This document shows positions 58,108 through 64,000 of a stretch of DNA of 64,000 bases, piece by piece. Position numbers and translations under genes: made by a program. Positions within the stretch are counted from its first letter, which is position 1, and each line of letters starts with the position of its first letter. The notes under the pieces were generated by a model, which saw only the letters and a list, made by a program, of their open reading frames with translations, was not told the origin of the DNA and did no database searches. The stretch is from Nannocystales bacterium (GTDB taxonomy: Bacteria > Myxococcota_A > Polyangia > Nannocystales > Nannocystaceae), in assembly GCA_050633305.1 (NCBI GenBank), contig JBOEGF010000015.1, positions 189,487 to 253,486 of the forward strand, in the 5' to 3' direction.

Positions 58108-58428
58108 TCAGGCGGCAATCTCTTCGAGCGCATCGAAACTGGGCAGTTCCGTCTCACTCCGTTCGAGCGCCCCGCGGACGGCTCCTGCGGCGCCCACAAC
58201 CGAGAACCGTCGCTGGGAGTAGCGTTGCTGGGTGGCTGTCCCGACGAGCACGGTGAGGCCGGAGCGGTCCAGGAAGTCGACGCCGGAGAGGTCGAAGACG
58301 ATGTGCTCGGAGCCGCTGTCGAGCAGCTCGCCGATCGCTCGGCTGAGGCTCGGTGAGGTGAAGAAGTCGATCGAGCCATGGATGGAGACAACCGAATACC
58401 CGTGAACGTCCTGAGTGGATAACTGCAT
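58108..58428 (-). CDS. STAS-domain anti-sigma-factor antagonist
   Basis: GSIDFFTSP, IVFDLSGVDFLDRSGL. Confidence 0.82.
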   Translation of the reverse strand: MQLSTQDVHGYSVVSIHGSIDFFTSPSLSRAIGELLDSGSEHIVFDLSGVDFLDRSGLTVLVGTATQQRYSQRRFSVVGAAGAVRGALERSETELPSFDALEEIAA

Positions 58429-58477
58429 GGCTCTGTGCTCTTTCGTGCCCCCAAGGGGCCCCTATCGTGCCTCTCTC

Positions 58478-58505
58478 CAATCGGCCGGGCCCATCCTGAC
58501 CTTGA
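58478..58505 (-). promoter_or_regulatory. Candidate sigma28 promoter of the STAS gene
   Basis: TCAA-N16-GCCGATTG; the -10 (GCCGATTGGA) is identical to that of flagellin 1. Confidence 0.45.
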
Positions 58506-58558
58506 GGGCGAGCGTTCGTTTCTTGGAGAAGTCGCCCAGCGAGCTACAGTGACCGCAC

Positions 58559-59497
58559 ATGTATGTCGTGACCGGTGGCGCGGGGTTCATTGGCTCTTCT
58601 CTGGTGCGGGCGCTGCTTGCGGACGGGAAGCATGTCGTCGTGATCGACGACTTCTCCACGGGGAAACGCGCCAACCTCGAGGGGTTGGACAGCGCGCGGC
58701 TGAAGGTCGTGGAGGCGGACGTCCTCGATGGGCTCGAAGCCGCGATGTCGGGCGTGGATGACTCGTGGGGAGCACCCTCGGCCATCGTGCACCTCGCGGC
58801 GCAGGTGTCGGTGGCCGCTTCGCTCGAGGATCCGCTCGGAGATGCGCAGCGCAACCACTGCGCGACCCTGCATGTGCTCGAGTACGCACGGAAGCACGCT
58901 GGCACGCGTGTCGTGCTGGCCTCCTCTGCCGCAACCTATGGCGATGTGGATGAGGTGCCGGTACGTGAGGCATCTGCGCGGTGGCCTCTGAGCCCCTACG
59001 GCATCCACAAATTCAGCTCCGAACTCTCGCTGCGGGCGTACGCCGAGGTGCACGGAGTCCCCACCGCCTCGCTACGATTCTTCAACGTCTACGGTCCGCG
59101 CCAAGACCCGAGTAGCCCGTACTCGGGCGTGATCTCGATCTTCATGAAGCGGGGGCTCGTGGGCGAGCCGCTCACGATCTTCGGCAAGGGCGAGCAGACC
59201 CGGGACTTTGTCTTCGTGACCGATGTTGCGACGGCGATCCGAAACGCGGCATCGAGAGACTTCCGCGGAGATGTCTTCAACGTCGGAACCGGCGAGCAGA
59301 CCTCGATCCTCGCGCTGGCCGAAACCGTCGCTCGACTTGCAGGCCAGGGTTCGCAGGTTTCCTTCGCGCCAGCGCGAAAGGGTGAAGTCTTGCATTCATG
59401 CGCCGAGCTCTCCCGCTCCCGGGCAGGGCTCGGCTACGAACCCTCGGTCAGCTTGGAGCACGGCCTGCAACAGACCCTCGCCTGGTACCGAGGCTGA
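58559..59497 (+). CDS. NAD-dependent nucleotide-sugar epimerase/dehydratase
   Basis: TGGAGFIGS, YGIHK, RFFNVYGPRQ, RDFVFV. Confidence 0.92.
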   Translation: MYVVTGGAGFIGSSLVRALLADGKHVVVIDDFSTGKRANLEGLDSARLKVVEADVLDGLEAAMSGVDDSWGAPSAIVHLAAQVSVAASLEDPLGDAQRNHCATLHVLEYARKHAGTRVVLASSAATYGDVDEVPVREASARWPLSPYGIHKFSSELSLRAYAEVHGVPTASLRFFNVYGPRQDPSSPYSGVISIFMKRGLVGEPLTIFGKGEQTRDFVFVTDVATAIRNAASRDFRGDVFNVGTGEQTSILALAETVARLAGQGSQVSFAPARKGEVLHSCAELSRSRAGLGYEPSVSLEHGLQQTLAWYRG

Positions 59498-59521
59498 GCC
59501 AGCTGTACCGCAGGGGGCCGC

Positions 59522-60127
59522 CTACCGACGACCGAGCGCGGTCTTCATCAGGAGCAGGGCTTCGTGCCCCGCGTTGGCGACGAGCTGGCTCTCTTCGACT
59601 TCGCCCTCGACAGGCTCGAGTCCGTCCTTGCCGACCTCGTAGTTCGAGTCGAGCGTGCGTCCCTTGAGCTGGTCCAAGAACTTGTCCTTGGTGAGCTCGA
59701 GGTTGCCGCGATAGTCGTACACGCGGACGCGGCTGATCTCGCCCTTGGTGTTGACGCCGATGCCGACCTCGAGGGTCAGGATGCCGCCGTTGAGCACCTT
59801 GGGTTTGGTGCGTGGATCGATGAAGATCGCGACACCCAGGAACTTGCCCTCGGCGTCGTGGGCGAGGAAGAACTCGGGCGACTTGTCCTCAGGGTACAGG
59901 TCGAAGCCGAGCTGCTTCTCGAGGAATTTCACCTCTTCGTCGTTGTACTGATACCGCTTGATCTTCCAGCTGTTCGGGTCCGCTTCGGGGAACAGCTTCA
60001 TCAAGTTGCGGTGGGTAATCTCCCAGCTGCCCCACTTCGCCAAGTGTGCATCGGCCGGTGCCGGTGGGACTGCGAACAGACCCCCGAGGGCGAGGGCGAT
60101 GACGAGCTGTTTGGCGAGGCGAAGCAT
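59522..60127 (-). CDS. Exported FMN-bind-like domain protein
   Basis: Signal peptide; VGIGVNTKGEI..VRV and FLDQLKG resemble FMN_bind/RnfG-type domains. Confidence 0.6.
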   Translation of the reverse strand: MLRLAKQLVIALALGGLFAVPPAPADAHLAKWGSWEITHRNLMKLFPEADPNSWKIKRYQYNDEEVKFLEKQLGFDLYPEDKSPEFFLAHDAEGKFLGVAIFIDPRTKPKVLNGGILTLEVGIGVNTKGEISRVRVYDYRGNLELTKDKFLDQLKGRTLDSNYEVGKDGLEPVEGEVEESQLVANAGHEALLLMKTALGRR

Positions 60128-60242
60128 GACGGCGCTAGGCAGGGCGAGAGTCGACCCGATGTTCGCGGCCCGGGGAGTCAGACGTCAACCGAGTCCGCAT
60201 CTTCAACCCTGGGCACGAAGTGGTGCAAACAGGGCAAACGCG

Positions 60243-60755
60243 TCAGGTCGCGTACTTGATCTCGACGACACGGTCGTTGTCGATCGCGACCTGTGTCTCG
60301 TCGGAGGTGCCGTCGCAGTCGAGGTTGTTGCGGACGTACTTGCCCCGCTTGGGACCCGACGAGCAGCGGATGTACGTGTGAACAATGGCGTTGCGGCCGT
60401 CACGGTCCCGCGTGAGGGTGTCTGCCGGCGGACCCCACGCCATGAACAGCGCGAACTCATGGTGCCCAACACTGACCTCTCCCTGCTCGGCGGCTTTGCG
60501 CTCTTCAGGGGTGAGCGCGGACCATTGCGACCACAGTCCGTGCTTCTCGAGATAGTCCTGTCGCCCCTCTTCCTCGACCTGCAGAAAGCCGTTCTGCTGC
60601 TCGGGCGTGGGCATGACCTCGTAGAACCGACGGTCGAGGTTGGGGAGGCGCTCCGGGGTCATGGCGCAGGCGCTCGCGACCAGGACGCCCATCATGGCGC
60701 CGACCAGCGGCCCTCGGAGCCGGCCCAACTGTTCGAAAACGCTGCCGAATCGCAT
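60243..60755 (-). CDS. Hypothetical lipoprotein
   Basis: ASAC lipobox; VSVGH...MAWGPP motif. Confidence 0.65.
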   Translation of the reverse strand: MRFGSVFEQLGRLRGPLVGAMMGVLVASACAMTPERLPNLDRRFYEVMPTPEQQNGFLQVEEEGRQDYLEKHGLWSQWSALTPEERKAAEQGEVSVGHHEFALFMAWGPPADTLTRDRDGRNAIVHTYIRCSSGPKRGKYVRNNLDCDGTSDETQVAIDNDRVVEIKYAT

Positions 60756-61201
60756 TGCGGCGGAGCCTAGCACGGTGGGCCGGAAACGCGGCGATTGTCG
60801 CCGATTCCGGCGCGTTTTCGCGAAAATGCGTGATGCGCGCCACGCCGGAGACGCCGGCGGATTTGTGGGCTCGCATGGAGGCCTGGGCAGGCTACAATGA
60901 GGGGACGCTTCGGCGTCCGCCCGACTTGCCCAAGCATGGATTCTCCTCCTGTCCCTTCCCTTCATCCGGCTCTTCGCCTGGCTCCGCGCTCGCGAGTCGT
61001 GCGCCGGCTGGCCGCTAGTCCGGTCGTGAAGGTCGAGAGGCAGGGATTGACGGAGATTGCGGGTGCTGCTAATTTTACGCCGCCTACGTTGCCGATCGTT
61101 CGGCGTGAAGTGCGCGAATCCTCGCGCTCCAATCTGAGGCCCCGTCTAGGGCAGAGCAGCCTCAAAGCGGTGAGGGCAATGCGCCAAGGAAGCGATTCGA
61201 C

Positions 61202-61693
61202 ATGGCCGAAAACTCGTTCAGTGTAGGCGAAAAGACGGTGTACCCCGGGCACGGCGTTGCCGAGCTGGTCGGTCTCGAAGAACAAGAGATCTCGGGACAC
61301 GCGCTTGTGTTCTACGTTCTCCGCGTTCTCGAGAACAACATGACTGTGCGGGTGCCCAAGCCCAAGGCTGCGGCTGTGGGTTTGCGCCGGCTCGTAGAGG
61401 CGCCTGAAGTAGCGCAGGTCTACGAGGTGCTCAAGCACCGCGGCGACAAGATTTCCACGGCGACCTGGAACCGTCGCTATCGCGAGTACATGGAAAAGAT
61501 CAAGACCGGTTCGCTGGTCGAGATTGCGACCGTGCTTCGCGACCTGTGTCTGCTTCGCTCCGACAAGGAGTTGTCGTTTGGCGAGCGCAAGATGCTGGAC
61601 ACGGCGCGCTCGCTGCTCGTCCAGGAGCTCGCGCTGGTCAAGGGCCAGGAAGAGGCGGACATCGCCAAAGAGCTCGACGAGCTGTTCGCCTAG
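61202..61693 (+). CDS. cdnL: CarD/CdnL family RNA polymerase-binding protein
   Basis: VYPGHGVA, TWNRRYREYMEKIKTG, LSFGERKM; 163 aa with no AT-hook domain. Confidence 0.92.
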   Translation: MAENSFSVGEKTVYPGHGVAELVGLEEQEISGHALVFYVLRVLENNMTVRVPKPKAAAVGLRRLVEAPEVAQVYEVLKHRGDKISTATWNRRYREYMEKIKTGSLVEIATVLRDLCLLRSDKELSFGERKMLDTARSLLVQELALVKGQEEADIAKELDELFA

Positions 61694-61750
61694 GCGGCGG
61701 CCTCGTCTCTGCTCGTCCCCCAGCAGCCCGGAAACTCGGGCACACCCCAC

Positions 61751-61792
61751 AAGAAAGGCGCGATGTCCTGCATGGACACCGCGCCTTTTCTT
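61751..61792. terminator. Bidirectional terminator between convergent cdnL and pepA
   Basis: AAGAAAGGCGCG...CGCGCCTTTTCTT stem with A/T flanks. Confidence 0.75.
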
Positions 61793-61807
61793 CGTCGCCG
61801 TGGCTGG

Positions 61808-63304
61808 CTACCCGAGCTGGAGGTCGCCCATCAGCAGTTCGAGGATCGTGGGCACCGGGAAGCCGCTGCCGCCGGCCGTCGTCACGCCGTGCGCTTTGCT
61901 GGCCATCGCGGGTCCGGCGATGTCGACGTGCATCCACCGCTTGCCCTCGATGAACTCGCTGAGGAAGAGCCCGGCCGTGAGCGCGCCGCCGAAGCGTTCG
62001 CCCGTGTTCTTCATGTCCGCGATCTTGCTGCGGAGCTGTTCCTTGAGTTTGGCCTGAAGCGGCAGTCGCCACATGAGCTCGCCGCTCTTCTCAGCCGCGC
62101 TCATCCAGTCCGTCGCAAGTCGCTCATCCTCGGTCATGACACCGGCGATGTAGGGACCCAGGGCGACGATGCACGCGCCGGTGAGGGTGGCGAAGTCGAT
62201 CATCAAGTCGGGCTCGAGCTTGGAGCCGTAGACCAACGCGTCCGCCATCGTGAGGCGCCCCTCTGCGTCGGTGTTGTTGACCTCCACCGTCTTGCCGTTC
62301 GACGCCGTGAGGACGTCCCCGAGGCGGTAGGCGTGGCCGCTGACCATGTTCTCGGTGGCTGCGACCAGGACGTGAACCTCGTAGGGCACGCCCAGCTTGA
62401 CCAGGCCTTCGAACGCGCCGATGACCGCGGCGGAGCCGGACATGTCGAGCTTCATGTCCATCATGCCGTCGGAGGGCTTGATGGAGTAACCGCCCGAGTC
62501 GAACGTGACACCCTTGCCGACGAGGACAACACGTCCCTTGCTGGCGGCTTTGGGTTTGTAGGTCAGGTGGATGAAGCGGGGCTCTTCGGGGCTGCCCTTG
62601 GCCACGCCCATGTAACAGCCCATGTTCAGCGCCAAGCACTGCGCGCGGTCGAGAACCGTGAGCGACACGTCTGCGTCGGAAGCATCGACGATCTCCTTGG
62701 CAGTCTCGGCGAGGAACGTCGGGGTGACGAGTTCGGCGGGTCCGTTCGCGAGGTCGCGGGCGCGGGCAACCGAGGCCGCGATGATCTGTCCCGAAGCGGT
62801 CCCTTCACTCGGTGCGGTCGTGTCGGCCCAAACCGTGACGCCCTTGACCGAGCTCGGCTTTCGGTTGCTCTCGGAGAGGAAGCGGTCGTAGGCGTATGTG
62901 CCAAGCTCGAAGCCTTGAGCGAGCAACCGTCCGGCTTGCATCGGGTCGTCGCCGACGGTCCAAGCGGCGGTGTCGGCTCGGAGGTCGAGCACCACGTTTG
63001 CGGCGCCAACTTTCTCGGCTTCACGGGACGCATCGTGTCCAACTTGGCGAAGTGCCTCGGCGTCGACCAGGCCGTCTCCCACGCCGAGCAACACGACGCG
63101 CTCGAGCACATCGCCCTGCATCTGTGTGAAGTCGAAGGTGGTTGAGGACTTGCCTTTGAACGACGCGGCTTCGACAGCGGCACGCACACCTGGGCCGAAA
63201 CGGGCCTCGATAGCGTCGGGTTCGAACTCCGCTCGCACGGGGACTGCGAGCATTTGACCCGTCGCGGACTGCGGTTGGTCGGAGGTCCAGTGGATTTCGA
63301 GCAT
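61808..63304 (-). CDS. pepA: Leucyl aminopeptidase (M17)
   Basis: GKGVTFDSGG, MKLDMSG, NTDAEGRL, WMHVDIAG. Confidence 0.95.
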   Translation of the reverse strand: MLEIHWTSDQPQSATGQMLAVPVRAEFEPDAIEARFGPGVRAAVEAASFKGKSSTTFDFTQMQGDVLERVVLLGVGDGLVDAEALRQVGHDASREAEKVGAANVVLDLRADTAAWTVGDDPMQAGRLLAQGFELGTYAYDRFLSESNRKPSSVKGVTVWADTTAPSEGTASGQIIAASVARARDLANGPAELVTPTFLAETAKEIVDASDADVSLTVLDRAQCLALNMGCYMGVAKGSPEEPRFIHLTYKPKAASKGRVVLVGKGVTFDSGGYSIKPSDGMMDMKLDMSGSAAVIGAFEGLVKLGVPYEVHVLVAATENMVSGHAYRLGDVLTASNGKTVEVNNTDAEGRLTMADALVYGSKLEPDLMIDFATLTGACIVALGPYIAGVMTEDERLATDWMSAAEKSGELMWRLPLQAKLKEQLRSKIADMKNTGERFGGALTAGLFLSEFIEGKRWMHVDIAGPAMASKAHGVTTAGGSGFPVPTILELLMGDLQLG

Positions 63305-63641
63305 GTATTTTTCTCGTTCTAGATCGGAATCTCGGCCGTGCGCGGAAGTCGCGTTTCGGCGGTCCGAGGGGGCACTCTAGCGCACGAACGACCGCGTGCG
63401 AAACGCGCGTCAAGCACAAAAAACCCTGGATCTACGGAATCTTGCGCGATACCCGACCATGTAGGTGAACGTGGGGTATCACAGACCTATAACTCCCTAT
63501 CACGGCCACTCAACTAGCCTCCATGATCCATTACCTTCGCCTAATTGGATGGCAATGATGGCTAATTATTATTGACATGCGCTGATCACGACCGTAAGGT
63601 CCGAGCGTACCGTTGCCCCTTTGAAGGAGGGTCAGATTTTC

Positions 63642-64000
63642 ATGTCCGCAGCAGCATCAGGCGCCAAAAAGGCCACCCGCAAGCCCGCCAAGAAGAAGAC
63701 CGCCAAAAAGGCGACCAAGAAGAAGGTCGCTAAGAAGGCGGCAAAGAAAAAGGTAGCCAAGAAAAAGGCCACCAAAAAGAAGGCTACCAAGAAGAAGGTA
63801 GCCAAGAAGAAGGTCGCCAAGAAGGCCACCAAGAAGAAAGCGGCCAAGAAGAAGGTCGCCAAGAAGAAGGTAGCCAAGAAAAAGGCCACCAAAAAGAAAG
63901 CTGCCAAGAAGAAGGTAGCGAAGAAGAAGGTTGCCAAGAAGGTCGCCAAAAAGGCTGCCAAGAAGAAGGTCGCCAAAAAGGCCGCCAAGAAAAAGGTCGC
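63642..64000 (+). CDS. Histone H1/Hc2-like Lys/Ala-rich protein; runs off the right edge
   Basis: GAAGGAGG upstream, ATG 63642, MSAAASGAKKATRKPAKKK followed by (V/A)AKKK and ATKKK pentapeptide repeats. Confidence 0.8.
   Translation, partial: MSAAASGAKKATRKPAKKKTAKKATKKKVAKKAAKKKVAKKKATKKKATKKKVAKKKVAKKATKKKAAKKKVAKKKVAKKKATKKKAAKKKVAKKKVAKKVAKKAAKKKVAKKAAKKKV

Noticed and set aside
58559..59497. Epimerase as a flagellin glycosylation enzyme
   Set aside because: Generic family, 10 kb from the cluster, with no maf or glycosyltransferase neighbours.
1..64000. Numerous long antisense or alternate-frame ORFs (e.g. 7-714+, 12691-14064+, 53384-55366+, 61763-63145+, 63632-63988-)
   Set aside because: Shadows of well-supported genes on the other strand, as expected at high GC; no family motifs.

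Overview
High-GC bacterial window whose flanking genes look myxobacterial, most like Nannocystaceae (inference): 'Myxococcus cysteine-rich repeat' lipoproteins, Ser/Thr/Gly-linker lipoproteins including a vWA protein, a GKAD-motif lipoprotein, CdnL/CarD and a Lys/Ala-rich histone-like protein. About 39 kb (9051-47996) is an apparently intact flagellar gene system: export apparatus, MS/C ring, rod, P/L rings, hook, two short flagellins, cap, FlhF/FlhG, FliA/FlgM, a sigma54 activator and two different stator pairs (PomAB-like and MotCD-like). Regulatory signals can be read directly. There are three sigma54 promoters, each with the same CGYC-N6-GACG upstream element at helically phased distances, and several sigma28-like promoters. 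One sigma54/enhancer promoter drives a non-flagellar outer-membrane barrel plus lipoprotein operon, which may encode new flagellum-associated components. Other oddities are a LysM-MepA endopeptidase in the hook operon alongside a muramidase-less FlgJ, a poly-Asp insertion in FliG, three HDOD proteins, and no chemotaxis genes in the window. No RNA genes, CRISPR arrays or mobile elements were recognised. All calls come from reading motifs by eye; no database search was run.
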